A stretch of 64,000 nt of DNA, from NCBI GenBank assembly GCA_963662275.1, contig OY759316.1, positions 3,488,001 to 3,552,000 on the forward strand. The letters are read 5' to 3'. The position numbers and the translations under genes are program-made. This DNA comes from Candidatus Cloacimonadales bacterium (lineage in GTDB: Bacteria; Cloacimonadota; Cloacimonadia; Cloacimonadales; DAONDQ01). Of this stretch, positions 9,790-20,044 are shown piece after piece. The notes beneath the pieces are model-generated. The model was not told where the DNA came from. It made no database searches and saw only the letters and a list, made by a program, of their open reading frames with translations. How positions within the stretch are numbered: the first letter of the stretch is position 1; each line of letters starts with the position of its first letter.

Positions 9790-9961
9790 TAGACCCCCCT
9801 ACCCCCCTTCTCAAGGGGGGATTAGAAAGTGGAGACTAAAATTAAGTTCAGATAAGGCTCCTTAACCCCCCTTCTCAAGGGGGGATTAGAAAGGTGAGAC
9901 TAAAATTAAGTTCAGATAAGGCTCCTTAATCCCCCCTTGAGAAGGGGGGTAGGGGGGTCTA
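9790..9961. repeat. MITE-like palindromic element with 35-bp perfect terminal inverted repeats and an internal 64-bp tandem duplication
   Basis: TAGACCCCCCTACCCCCCTTCTCAAGGGGGGATTA ... TAATCCCCCCTTGAGAAGGGGGGTAGGGGGGTCTA; related element at 63379-63550. Confidence 0.8.
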
Positions 9962-9995
9962 AAGATAGCGTTCCAATTAGAATCTTGGAGAAGAT

Positions 9996-12566
9996 ATGTC
10001 AAAGACTATGTTATTGATAATACTTGCATTCTCAACAGGAATACTCTGCGCTATTACTCATACAGTGAGCCTGGATGGCTCTGCCCAGTTTACTGCTATC
10101 CAATCAGCGATCAATGCCTCTGCAACCGGAGATACGGTCTTAGTATATCCGGGAAGATACTTCGAGAATATCAATTTCAATGGGCATAGCATCACCCTTG
10201 CGAGTTTGGAACTGACAACCGGGAATCCTGCTTATATTGATTCCACGATCATTGATGGGAATCAGCAAAGCAGTTGCATATATATTCGCAACCATGAAGC
10301 ATTTGCCATTATAAGGGGATTAATAATAACAAATGGTATTGGTTTTAACCCTCCGAATTCGACACTTAGCCCCGGTGGTGGAATAATTGCTGAATGGGTA
10401 GATCAGCTTTCTATCATTAATTGCATTATTCAGAACAACACAGCTACAGATGGAGGAGGCATTAATTGTTATTCTTCAAATATTAACATGAAGGGTACTA
10501 CCATACGTAATAACAGTGCAGCAAATGGTGGTGGCGGATTATTGTTCAACAACAATTACTTGCATCCCAATTCACTAATTTTCGATGCTCAGGATAAATG
10601 CTCGATCTATAATAATGATGCATCTTACGGATTGGATTGCCAATTTAATTTATACAACTCTGTCCATGTGATTTTAGATACCTGCACGGTGATAAGTCCC
10701 TTGAATTATTTTATTACCGGATACGCATCCGATCCCCATATTGAGAATCCCATCACTTGTGAAATTGAACATGCCTATATGACAGAAATTAATCATGACC
10801 TATATGTTGCTCCTAATGGCAATAATGCAAATGATGGCTTGTCGGAAGCATCTCCGCTTTGCTCCATATATTATGCCATGTATCATATAGCAGCCGACAG
10901 TTTAAATCCTAAGATGATTCATCTCGCACCAGGTAACTATTCATTTCCCGAAAACTATCAGCAATACGGAATACCTGTAAAAAGCTGGACAACCCTTACT
11001 GGAGAAACAAGAGAAACCACTGTACTTGATGGGAGTGGAACACAAATTCTAATCAGACCCGCAACTGGCAGCCGAAATGTTACAATAACCAATCTCACAT
11101 GCAGAAATTCGAATATCAGTATTGCCCCCGATAAATCCTTGAATTTGTTAATTAATAACGTCATAGTTGAAAATGCTTCAAGCGATATTGGATCGGGAAT
11201 CGGTATTACCCGATGTAAGGACTTTCGAATAAAGAATACTACTGTAAGAAACAATTTTGCTTCATATGTTTATCCTGGCTTTTATTTTGGTGAAAACAGA
11301 GGCACTAATTATCTGATTAATTGCATTTCCGAAAACAATACAAGTCTTCAGGGAGATGGAAATGGTTTGAAATATGGTGATAAAGGAACAATTATCATAG
11401 ATGGCTGCACTTTCAAGGGGAATTTCAGTTCAGCAGAAGGAATGCCAACTATTTTTTCTATTGGGCGTAATACAGATGATGATACACTCAAAGTAATAAT
11501 AACGAATTCTAATATCATAGAGAATACTCAAACAGCATATACTTTTATGGCTCTAGTATCAGCCAATAACGGTATTGAAATCAGTAACTGCACGTTTGCC
11601 AATAATTCAGGAGGAAGCGCTGTGTTGGGAATAGTGGGTGATGCTGTCCTGAAGAACAATATCTTTTGGAATCCGGGTTTAACCCAGGAAGTACAGTTTC
11701 TCTATTCTCCTGATGATCCGAATAATTATGATGAGTATCTATCCAATAATATCATTCGGAATGGCATGGATGGTGTATTTTGTGATCCTTCCGATTTCCT
11801 GCACTGGCAGGAGGGAAATATTGATGAAGAACCGATATTCTTTGGGTGGGGAGATAACTCCTATATGATAACTTCCCTATCCCCGGGGATAGATGCCGGA
11901 ACAACTGATACCACAGGATTATCGCTCTCTCCTTTTGACTTATTCGGCAATCCGAGAATTATGAATGGTTTGGGGATAGAGAGCAGGATAGATATTGGTG
12001 CTTATGAATACCAGGGTCAGATTCAGGCTGGTTTTGCTGTCTCTGATACCAGTGGTGCAGCTCCACTTGCCGTCCATTTTACGGATATGAGTACTGGTGA
12101 TGTCGATCATTGGGCGTGGGATTTCAATGGTGACGGTGTTCTAGATTCTGAAGAGCAGAATCCCACTTATGTTTATACAGAAGGCGGTACATTTTCTCCC
12201 TCACTCATCGTCAGTTACGCAAATCGCTATGATAGCATTCGCAGGATGTCAATCATTACACCCGTTGCCAACCAAGACAATACAGCAGCAGCGAGGGAAG
12301 GATTATCAATATATCCGAATCCCTTTCAAAGCAGCGCGACGCTGTCTTTTCATCTGAAATCACCGCAAAAAGTGAAACTGGAGATATTCAATATCAGGGG
12401 GCAGAAAGTTGCGCAGTTGATCAATGAGAATATGCCATTGGGGCAGCACAATATTGTGTGGGATGGAAAGGATGATAGTGGAAAATCATGTACGAGTGGA
12501 GTCTATTTCTACCGCCTGAATACAAACGATAAGACTGTGACAAGGAAAATGCTGCTGTTCAAATAA
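9996..12566 (+). CDS. Secreted beta-helix protein with PKD domain and C-terminal sorting domain
   Basis: Signal peptide; FTAIQSAI..GDTVLVYPGRY.ENI; IDIGAYEYQ; PKD (APLAVHFTDMS..WDF.DG...QNPTYVY); YPNPF...RKMLLFK. Confidence 0.82.
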   Translation: MSKTMLLIILAFSTGILCAITHTVSLDGSAQFTAIQSAINASATGDTVLVYPGRYFENINFNGHSITLASLELTTGNPAYIDSTIIDGNQQSSCIYIRNHEAFAIIRGLIITNGIGFNPPNSTLSPGGGIIAEWVDQLSIINCIIQNNTATDGGGINCYSSNINMKGTTIRNNSAANGGGGLLFNNNYLHPNSLIFDAQDKCSIYNNDASYGLDCQFNLYNSVHVILDTCTVISPLNYFITGYASDPHIENPITCEIEHAYMTEINHDLYVAPNGNNANDGLSEASPLCSIYYAMYHIAADSLNPKMIHLAPGNYSFPENYQQYGIPVKSWTTLTGETRETTVLDGSGTQILIRPATGSRNVTITNLTCRNSNISIAPDKSLNLLINNVIVENASSDIGSGIGITRCKDFRIKNTTVRNNFASYVYPGFYFGENRGTNYLINCISENNTSLQGDGNGLKYGDKGTIIIDGCTFKGNFSSAEGMPTIFSIGRNTDDDTLKVIITNSNIIENTQTAYTFMALVSANNGIEISNCTFANNSGGSAVLGIVGDAVLKNNIFWNPGLTQEVQFLYSPDDPNNYDEYLSNNIIRNGMDGVFCDPSDFLHWQEGNIDEEPIFFGWGDNSYMITSLSPGIDAGTTDTTGLSLSPFDLFGNPRIMNGLGIESRIDIGAYEYQGQIQAGFAVSDTSGAAPLAVHFTDMSTGDVDHWAWDFNGDGVLDSEEQNPTYVYTEGGTFSPSLIVSYANRYDSIRRMSIITPVANQDNTAAAREGLSIYPNPFQSSATLSFHLKSPQKVKLEIFNIRGQKVAQLINENMPLGQHNIVWDGKDDSGKSCTSGVYFYRLNTNDKTVTRKMLLFK

Positions 12567-12867
12567 GGTGACAGGTCACAGGTTCAGAGAAAGACGATTC
12601 ATCGAGTGATTTCTCGGTCATTGAGCGATCAAATCTTCCCTCTTATGGAACAAGAGAGGGATAAGAGGGTGAGTAGGAAATGCGAGAAATCGTATCGAAA
12701 TGAACTGGGATGACTCTGAATGATTGTCTACTGTCGTCTCCCCGATACTAACAGATGCATTTCGACTTCGCTCAATAACCATTATAAGCGGGTAAATATT
12801 ATAAATAACATTTTACAAAGGCGATTTGGATTTCAATTGGCATTGTCAGAGATAAGTATATCAACGT

Positions 12868-13728
12868 TTACATAGGTCGTTTCATATCACGATAGTAATT
12901 ATCCAATTCAGGAGTAAGTCCTCCCAATGTTTTTCGAGCTTTTTTTAATAAATGTAAAATGGCTTCCTGCTTCCCCTGTCGATCTAGCAACCTGACCAAG
13001 TCTTCATAATATTTAGGAACATGAGGTTCAAGTTCAATACATCGCCAGAGATTAGTTTCTGCCTCGTCAATTCTACCAATTTCCTCACTGCAAATGCCTT
13101 TCGCATGATAATAGGAGGCAGTATGCCATTTACTTTTTTCTGCTTCCCTAAAAGCAACATAAGCTTTTAACCAATTTTTCTGATAATAGTAACAAAATCC
13201 CTTCATCAGTTTAATATTCGGATTTTCTCCATACTTTACTTCGGCATCCTTGAGTACTTTCAAAGCTCTGCCATACTGACGCAATTGCACCAGTTGCTCT
13301 GCCAGGAATGTGTAGGGTAAATCAGATAAGGGATTTGTCTTTTTCAGCATTTGTGTTAGAGCATCTATACTTTCTTCAATCCTACCCATTTGTGTAAAAG
13401 CAATAGCTTTGTTATATAGAGCTTCGGGAATGAATTCAGGAATTTGCTCAAAATAGTAGATTGATAAGCGAGGTTCATCCAGTGACAAATATGAGTTCCC
13501 AATCTTAAACAACAACTGAGAATTTTTCTTATCAAAGGTCAGTGCCTTTTGGAAATTATCGATTGCCTTCTGATGGAGTTGTTCCTGGAAGTAAATGTCT
13601 CCGATTAATTCATAAATTTCTTTTTCAGAGGGATATTCTGTTAAAGAATTTTCTAATAGTTTAATCGCTTCCAGCCAATTCTTGCGCATCAGATATTCCG
13701 CTTGTATGAGAAGATTGGCAACACTCAT
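12868..13728 (-). CDS. Tetratricopeptide repeat protein
   Basis: Repeated helical TPR patterns (LIGDIYFQ..AIDNFQKAL, KIGNSYL, ALYNKAIAF). Confidence 0.8.
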   Translation of the reverse strand: MSVANLLIQAEYLMRKNWLEAIKLLENSLTEYPSEKEIYELIGDIYFQEQLHQKAIDNFQKALTFDKKNSQLLFKIGNSYLSLDEPRLSIYYFEQIPEFIPEALYNKAIAFTQMGRIEESIDALTQMLKKTNPLSDLPYTFLAEQLVQLRQYGRALKVLKDAEVKYGENPNIKLMKGFCYYYQKNWLKAYVAFREAEKSKWHTASYYHAKGICSEEIGRIDEAETNLWRCIELEPHVPKYYEDLVRLLDRQGKQEAILHLLKKARKTLGGLTPELDNYYRDMKRPM

Positions 13729-13731
13729 TTC

Positions 13732-14742
13732 CTACTCCAAATCGTCGAACAAAGTATTAATAGTATTCATAATTTCCAAATCGTCCTCTGTATGATTGAT
13801 GATGTTCCGAACCTTTGATCCTCCTGGAATACCCTTGGTATAAAAGCAAAAATGAGATCTCATTTCCAGGATTGCCCGTCTTCGAGATACTTGCTCATCC
13901 TCGATAACATAACAAAAATGCTTTTGTATCAATTGCATCTTCTCTATATTTCCCAGTGATTCGAACGCTCTACCATTCAATACTGATCGTATTTCATTGA
14001 ATATCCATGGCTTTCCTAAAGCACCCCTTCCTACCATGATGCTATCGCATTTCGTTTCTTCCATCATCCGTAAAGCATCATCCGCATCCTGGATGTCACC
14101 ATTTCCAACAATCGGTACATCGATGGCTTCTTTCAGTTCTTTAATTTGTGACCAGGAACTCTTTCCTTCAAACATCTGGCTGCGAGAGCGAGGATGAAAT
14201 ATCAGAAAATCAACACCAGCGAGAACAAGTTTCTCTGCAAAAGATATATAGTTCAGATTATTCAAATCCCAGCCAGACCTTATTTTGACTGAAAGTGGAA
14301 TTCCTGCAAACTCTGTTTTATTCTTTACTTCCTGAACGATTTCAACGGCAAGTCCCGGGTCTTTCATCAATGCAGATCCAGCTCCAGCGGTAACCACCTT
14401 TTTCACTGGGCAACCCATGTTAATATCTATAAAATCCGGTTGTAACTTGATGATTATCTCAGCGGAACGCATCATGATATTGGGTTTTGTTCCGAATAAC
14501 TGTATTCCGAATGGTCTTTCTTCATCGCTAAATCCTGCTAAATTTAAACTCTTTACTCCTTCATATACAATCCCATCCGCACTCACCATTTCACTCACCA
14601 GTACATCAGCACCACATTGTTTACAGATACGCCGAAATGGTTGATTTGTATAACCAGCCAGAGGAGCAAGCCAGATTTTGTGATCAGTAAGCTCTTTTAT
14701 CTTTTCTTGGAGAGATTGCCGCATATTATGATCTGATGCCAT
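13732..14742 (-). CDS. dusB: tRNA-dihydrouridine synthase DusB
   Basis: LAPLAGYT, GIQLFG, IDINMGCP, VKIRSGW, VGNGDI, MVGRGALGKPW. Confidence 0.92.
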   Translation of the reverse strand: MASDHNMRQSLQEKIKELTDHKIWLAPLAGYTNQPFRRICKQCGADVLVSEMVSADGIVYEGVKSLNLAGFSDEERPFGIQLFGTKPNIMMRSAEIIIKLQPDFIDINMGCPVKKVVTAGAGSALMKDPGLAVEIVQEVKNKTEFAGIPLSVKIRSGWDLNNLNYISFAEKLVLAGVDFLIFHPRSRSQMFEGKSSWSQIKELKEAIDVPIVGNGDIQDADDALRMMEETKCDSIMVGRGALGKPWIFNEIRSVLNGRAFESLGNIEKMQLIQKHFCYVIEDEQVSRRRAILEMRSHFCFYTKGIPGGSKVRNIINHTEDDLEIMNTINTLFDDLE

Positions 14743-15514
14743 GTTTTATAATAAACAGAGAAATTCCGGCAGCGACAGATACATTAAGTGACTCCATACT
14801 TTCTGCAATTGGAATCCTCACCTTAGCATCTACAGATTTTAATATAGCTGGTTGAATTCCCTCAGCTTCTGAACCTAGAATCAGCAACACATTTTGACCA
14901 GGTGCTTTATACTCAAAAATGCTTTCACTACCTTCTATGCACATCGCAATGCGTGTACCGGTAAAAGATTCGATATAATCTACGTCAGCATTCTCTGTAG
15001 GAACAAAAAACACTGCTCCCAGTGAAGCTCGAATGACCTTTAAGTTAAACAATTCACAGCAAGAAGAAGAACGTATTACGCCATTTATACCTGCTGCTGC
15101 TGCTGTACGAAATATCGTTCCCATATTTCCGGGATCTTGTATATTATCCAGGTAGAGAATAAAATTACTATCCACGATCTTCCTGGTCTGACAAGACATG
15201 ATTGCAGCCCAATCCTGCGGTTGTTTTGTATCACATATCCTTTCCATTTGCGATGCCGTTGCCTGCCATACTCGACCATGATATTCACTTTTAAAGGGAA
15301 AAGTACCATTGAAATGTTCATCTGATGTGATTAGGGCTTCCGGAAGAATCCCATTTGACAGGATCTGATCAACCAATCGAAATCCTTCGATAACTACTTT
15401 CCCTGTCAATTCTCTGAATTTCTTCTGCTTCAACGCACTAAGTTCCTTAGTATGTTGATTACTTAAAGATTCAGTGATAGGATGCGATATGCTTATTGGC
15501 TGATTAATTGTCAT
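14726..15514 (-). CDS. TrmH/SpoU-family RNA methyltransferase
   Basis: LDNIQDPGNMGTIFRTA, LGSEAEGI, ESLNVSVAAGI SPOUT motifs. Confidence 0.9.
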   Translation of the reverse strand: MTINQPISISHPITESLSNQHTKELSALKQKKFRELTGKVVIEGFRLVDQILSNGILPEALITSDEHFNGTFPFKSEYHGRVWQATASQMERICDTKQPQDWAAIMSCQTRKIVDSNFILYLDNIQDPGNMGTIFRTAAAAGINGVIRSSSCCELFNLKVIRASLGAVFFVPTENADVDYIESFTGTRIAMCIEGSESIFEYKAPGQNVLLILGSEAEGIQPAILKSVDAKVRIPIAESMESLNVSVAAGISLFIIKHGIRS

Positions 15515-15544
15515 CTTGAATCCGAAAGAGTATGAAATCTTCTT

Positions 15545-17224
15545 CTATGAATGATAAATAGATTTCATTTTCGCAATATCTACTTCATCAACAAGTTCTG
15601 GAGGAAGGAACATGACTCCATATTCTTTGTACAGACCTGAATCCAGTAAAAAATCGAGCAGGTCTTTATCAATTTCTATATTTTTTGCCATAAAAGCAAG
15701 TATGGTTATTGCCTCAGATAAAGTCTTAGCCTTTTTATAGGGTCGATCTGCTGCTGTTAAAGCCTCGAAAATATCAGCCAATGCGATGATTCGTCCCTGT
15801 AGCGGAATTTTATCACCTCGTAAAGAGAATGGATAGCCTTTTCCATTTAGCATTTCATGATGCGTTGAAGAATACAGTGGAACATTGGTGAATTTCTTTG
15901 GGAATGTAAGGTGTGATAACATATCCCAAGTCACACTGACATGATCCTGCATTTTTTGCTTCTCCTCATCATTCAAGGTTCCCTTGGGAATCAACAGATT
16001 ATATCTTTCATCTTCGGTAAGAAGTGAATAAACTTCCCCCCCCAGCGTTATCTTAAAATTTGCTATACGGTCAATACGTTCCCGATCTTTATCCTGTAGG
16101 AAAATCTCACATTTGTTTACACTGTCAATAAAGTGAAAATCTTCAATTGTTTCTTGTAAGCACTCACTCAACATATTTATCTGTTCTTGGTTGCCAGAAT
16201 TGATTTCGCTATATGTTAACTTATCTATTTCTCTATTCAGTGCTAGTTCAAGCAAAGAATAACGTAATCGTATGAGTTCAATTCGATCTCCCATTGTCTC
16301 CAATTTAGTAGATTTATCCATGATGTATTCAGGTGTAATAATCTTTCCTATATCGTGCATCCATCCAGAAAGTGATATTTCCTCTAGTTCATCTGGAGAA
16401 AAATGCAGTTTACTAAAATATCCTTCCGTGGTTTGGTTCATTTTTTTTGTTAGCAATTCAGTTAATGTGGCTACCCTTGTGATATGACCGCCAGTATATT
16501 TCGATTTTCGATCCAACGCAGAAGCAATAGCTTGAATGAATTGATGTAATAGTTTTTCTAAATCCTGTATCAATTTCTTATTGGAAAGTGCTATAGCGGC
16601 TTGTGAAGCCATAGAATTCAGCATGGCAATATGTTCAGGTGTGAAGGATGTTACGACCCCTCTCTTGGTCTGAGCATTGATCAGTTGAATCACTCCAAGC
16701 ACTTCATCTTCGTGATTCTTAAGAGGTATTGCGAGCATAGATTTGGATCGATATTTATGAAGTGTATCGTACCGTTCAGTACCAGATGCATCAATTAAAT
16801 TTTGATTATAGATATCGTCAAAACACTGGCTTTTTTTAGTATGATATACATAAGTTACCATATTTTTCATGCTAGGTGAGCCATCGGTTTCATATAATGG
16901 AATACTTGGCCAAGCAAGGGAGCTAAAAGTACCCCCCATATGCAAACTCAGTGAACGATTAAAAACAACTTTAAAATCGAGATTTTTTTTATTACCACAA
17001 ACTGTATATATAGTTGCACCATCTGCATTTGTGTAGTCTAGACATTCATCGAGAATTAAATCAAAAATCCGATCTATTTGGTTTTCGGATGACAAAGCTT
17101 CGCCAATATGAGTTAATTTGCTAATATGTCTGATTTGTTGTCCTGTCAGAATACGTATTTTCCTGACAAATAGATTCAACAAATTATTGACATCAGGATT
17201 TTCACTGAACGAATATTTGGACAT
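15545..17224 (-). CDS. GAF + HD-GYP cyclic-dinucleotide phosphodiesterase
   Basis: GAF (SMLAIPL..VLGVIQLIN); GHITRV, HDIGK, HHEMLNGKGYP, ADIFEALTAADRPYK. Confidence 0.9.
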   Translation of the reverse strand: MSKYSFSENPDVNNLLNLFVRKIRILTGQQIRHISKLTHIGEALSSENQIDRIFDLILDECLDYTNADGATIYTVCGNKKNLDFKVVFNRSLSLHMGGTFSSLAWPSIPLYETDGSPSMKNMVTYVYHTKKSQCFDDIYNQNLIDASGTERYDTLHKYRSKSMLAIPLKNHEDEVLGVIQLINAQTKRGVVTSFTPEHIAMLNSMASQAAIALSNKKLIQDLEKLLHQFIQAIASALDRKSKYTGGHITRVATLTELLTKKMNQTTEGYFSKLHFSPDELEEISLSGWMHDIGKIITPEYIMDKSTKLETMGDRIELIRLRYSLLELALNREIDKLTYSEINSGNQEQINMLSECLQETIEDFHFIDSVNKCEIFLQDKDRERIDRIANFKITLGGEVYSLLTEDERYNLLIPKGTLNDEEKQKMQDHVSVTWDMLSHLTFPKKFTNVPLYSSTHHEMLNGKGYPFSLRGDKIPLQGRIIALADIFEALTAADRPYKKAKTLSEAITILAFMAKNIEIDKDLLDFLLDSGLYKEYGVMFLPPELVDEVDIAKMKSIYHS

Positions 17225-17437
17225 GGAAAACCTCCAGATGCTATTTATAAAATTTACAAATTAGTAATTGAATTGGTTTAGGCAAGGTTTTTCTTTCAAG
17301 ACTTGAAATGTGAAAATAATCAGATTAAGCTTACTATGATTAACCCATTTCCAGATTCTATGTAGATTACAGGTAATTACATAATAAAGCTCAATCTGAT
17401 CATTCACCTTTAATTAGAACATATTGCTCAAGAATGC

Positions 17438-17929
17438 TTATTTCTTTTTATAGATTTTCAGTATTTGGTCGATAATAAACTCCGGCTTTGCGTCTTTTAT
17501 GATGTGATTCGCGCATTCTTTGTACAATGGTTCTCTTGCTTCCCACAACTTTTTAAGATCTGCTTCCGAGCGGTCAATTAAAAGTGGTCTTGTAGATTGT
17601 TGAATTCTCTTATACAGAACATCCCATGTGGGATCAATCCATACAACCACATTGCTCGGATCTTTGATTATTTCTCGATTAACCGCTGATACTACTATTC
17701 CACCACCAGTTGCATATACTGCTTCATCTCTCCAATTCGTCAGAATTTCAGTTTCCATCAGGCGAAATCTGTATTCCCCCCATTTCTCAAAAATTTGTTC
17801 AATCGTTTTCCGGCTTTCCTGCTCAACGATTTCGTCAATATCATGAAAAGATAAACCCAATTTTTTTGCAACTTCCTTTCCAATAGATGATTTTCCACAA
17901 CCCATAAATCCTATCAAATATAGAGACAT
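17438..17929 (-). CDS. aroK: Shikimate kinase
   Basis: LIGFMGCGKS, DID, GEYRFR..E, ATGGG, RPLL, REPLY. Confidence 0.93.
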   Translation of the reverse strand: MSLYLIGFMGCGKSSIGKEVAKKLGLSFHDIDEIVEQESRKTIEQIFEKWGEYRFRLMETEILTNWRDEAVYATGGGIVVSAVNREIIKDPSNVVVWIDPTWDVLYKRIQQSTRPLLIDRSEADLKKLWEAREPLYKECANHIIKDAKPEFIIDQILKIYKKK

Positions 17930-18023
17930 TTTAACCTCCTCATTATTTTCTTCAACTCATGCTCCATAGAGTGAAGAATTAGCAGCTTTCGTGGATCACA
18001 TGACCCACAGGATATTCCTAACT

Positions 18024-19688
18024 TTATAACTTCCTCAGAATCTGTTTTTCGACGTTGATTGTCATTTTATTCACATGATGAAGAATTTCGTCGGCTTCAT
18101 CGATTATTTTCTTTGCGATATCCTTGTTTTCAATCCCCTGCATATTAATCCTGACATTATAATATGCTGCTTTTGCAGCTGCATTTGCAGTAACCGCTCC
18201 GGTTCCTGCATCAGAAAGCGCATTTGTATTACCGATCTTTGCAATTTTAGAGGATAACTCAATTGCTTCCTGAGCTATCTGGAGAACTTCAAATGGAACT
18301 AGAATAGCCTTCATTGTTGCTTCCTGCAATTGAGACTGACGATAATCCTTATCCTCCTGGGTTTTCTTGGGTAGTTTCATTGCGAACATCATTTCGTTGA
18401 AAGCATGTGTATCTTTATCAATCGCCGAGATAGCTTTCTCTTTGATCTTCTGACCTATTTCAGCTATCTCCCTTACTTTTGTCTGTACTCTCTCATAGCC
18501 TTTTTTATTGATCGTCAAATTTGCCACCATTGCGGAAAGTGCACCTGATATGGCTGCACATAAAGCAGCTACGCTTCCTCCGCCAGGTGCCGGTGAATCA
18601 GTGGAAAGGAGATCACAGAAATCAGAAACTGTCATATTCACTAAATTATCAGATTTAGAAATAGCGTATTCGATAATCTTCTTCTCTAGTTCAAAAGGTG
18701 AAACTTCAGCAAGTCCCATAGATTGAATTGCAGTTTCAATGATCATGTTTTCCGGAACACCTGTGCTCTCATTCATCTGTTTCAGATAATAAACACCTGC
18801 CATCAACATCGCTTCCTTAGGTATTAAACCAACAACTTCCGAACCAGTTACTATGACACCCTTCTTTAAAGCAAGTTCACGAACTTTTTCTAAAACAATA
18901 TGAGGTGGAGTAATTTTGAAATTTGTTAAATTAATACTTATCTGTGCTTTCTTGTATGAATCAATATACCAGCCTACAGCTTTGCAATAGCTAAATAATC
19001 CTGGCTCAATAATTTTTATTCCTTGAGCATCCTTCTGAATATTACCGTGTTTATCTTTTTTAACACGACCACTTTCGCGAATCATCATTGCAAGTTCATT
19101 GGCTTTCTTTTCATCCCTTGTATTTAGATTTATGTTATAGGCAATTAAAAATTCACGTGCGCCAATCGCAGTTGCACCAGATTTTTCATGAAATAGATGT
19201 GGACCATAATCAGGTTTCCAATTAGGATCTTTTGCTTTTTCAGATAAAGCTTCGTATTCCCCTTTTCGCACTTCAGCTAAATTCTTCCATTCCGGTTTAA
19301 CAGAGGCATATTCATAAAGATAAATTGGAATTCCCAATTCTTCTCCCACTCTTTTACCTAATTGATGAGCAAGAACTACACAATCGTCCATCGTCATCTC
19401 AGATATTGGAATGAAAGGACAAACATCTGTTGCTCCCATCCTGGGATGGGCTCCACTGTGCTTACTCATATCAATGAGCGAAGCAGCCGTTTTGATAGCT
19501 TGAAATGCTGCTTCCACAACAGCTTCAGGTTCACCAACAATTGTAAACACTGTCCGGTTAGTATCTGCACCTGGATCCATATCAAGCAGATTCACGTTTT
19601 TTACAGCGCGTATCGAATCAGCAATTGAATTCAAGATTTTTTGATCCCGTCCTTCACTGAAATTTGGTACGCATTCAACTAGTTTCAT
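18024..19688 (-). CDS. ftcD: Bifunctional glutamate formiminotransferase / formiminotetrahydrofolate cyclodeaminase
   Basis: LVECVPNFSEGRD, HPRMGATDVCPF, C-terminal SPAPGGGSVAA and GNTNALSD. Confidence 0.93.
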   Translation of the reverse strand: MKLVECVPNFSEGRDQKILNSIADSIRAVKNVNLLDMDPGADTNRTVFTIVGEPEAVVEAAFQAIKTAASLIDMSKHSGAHPRMGATDVCPFIPISEMTMDDCVVLAHQLGKRVGEELGIPIYLYEYASVKPEWKNLAEVRKGEYEALSEKAKDPNWKPDYGPHLFHEKSGATAIGAREFLIAYNINLNTRDEKKANELAMMIRESGRVKKDKHGNIQKDAQGIKIIEPGLFSYCKAVGWYIDSYKKAQISINLTNFKITPPHIVLEKVRELALKKGVIVTGSEVVGLIPKEAMLMAGVYYLKQMNESTGVPENMIIETAIQSMGLAEVSPFELEKKIIEYAISKSDNLVNMTVSDFCDLLSTDSPAPGGGSVAALCAAISGALSAMVANLTINKKGYERVQTKVREIAEIGQKIKEKAISAIDKDTHAFNEMMFAMKLPKKTQEDKDYRQSQLQEATMKAILVPFEVLQIAQEAIELSSKIAKIGNTNALSDAGTGAVTANAAAKAAYYNVRINMQGIENKDIAKKIIDEADEILHHVNKMTINVEKQILRKL

Positions 19689-20002
19689 GAAATTCCTCCA
19701 TCATTCTATTATTTATAATATATAAATTAATTAAAAGAAACATAAAAACATATTTAATATTAGAAATTCACTGTCAAATGAAAATTAATTGAAAATAATC
19801 TAGCCTTAAATTCATATAACCTGCATTATATATAGAGATCAGTGATTTTCATTTTTTTAATTGTAAAAGTAACCTCTTAACATGTTTGAAAATCATAAGA
19901 TTTGTTAAAATGTCAAGATATTTTAGTGAATCAGATTCATTAAACCGTATTTTAGCAGTTTACGATATAGAATATCAATAAATATTATTCCGTTAATAAA
20001 TA

Positions 20003-20032
20003 CAAAACCCCGGTTTTTATCCCGGGGTTTTG
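20003..20032. terminator. Intrinsic terminator downstream of the C25 protease pair
   Basis: CAAAACCCCGG...CCGGGGTTTTG hairpin with A/T tails. Confidence 0.7.
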
Positions 20033-20044
20033 ATTGGACTTCAA

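Noticed and set aside
9802..9936. 64-bp periodic repeat as a CRISPR array
   Set aside because: Spacers are near-identical, there are only 2-3 units, and no cas genes are present
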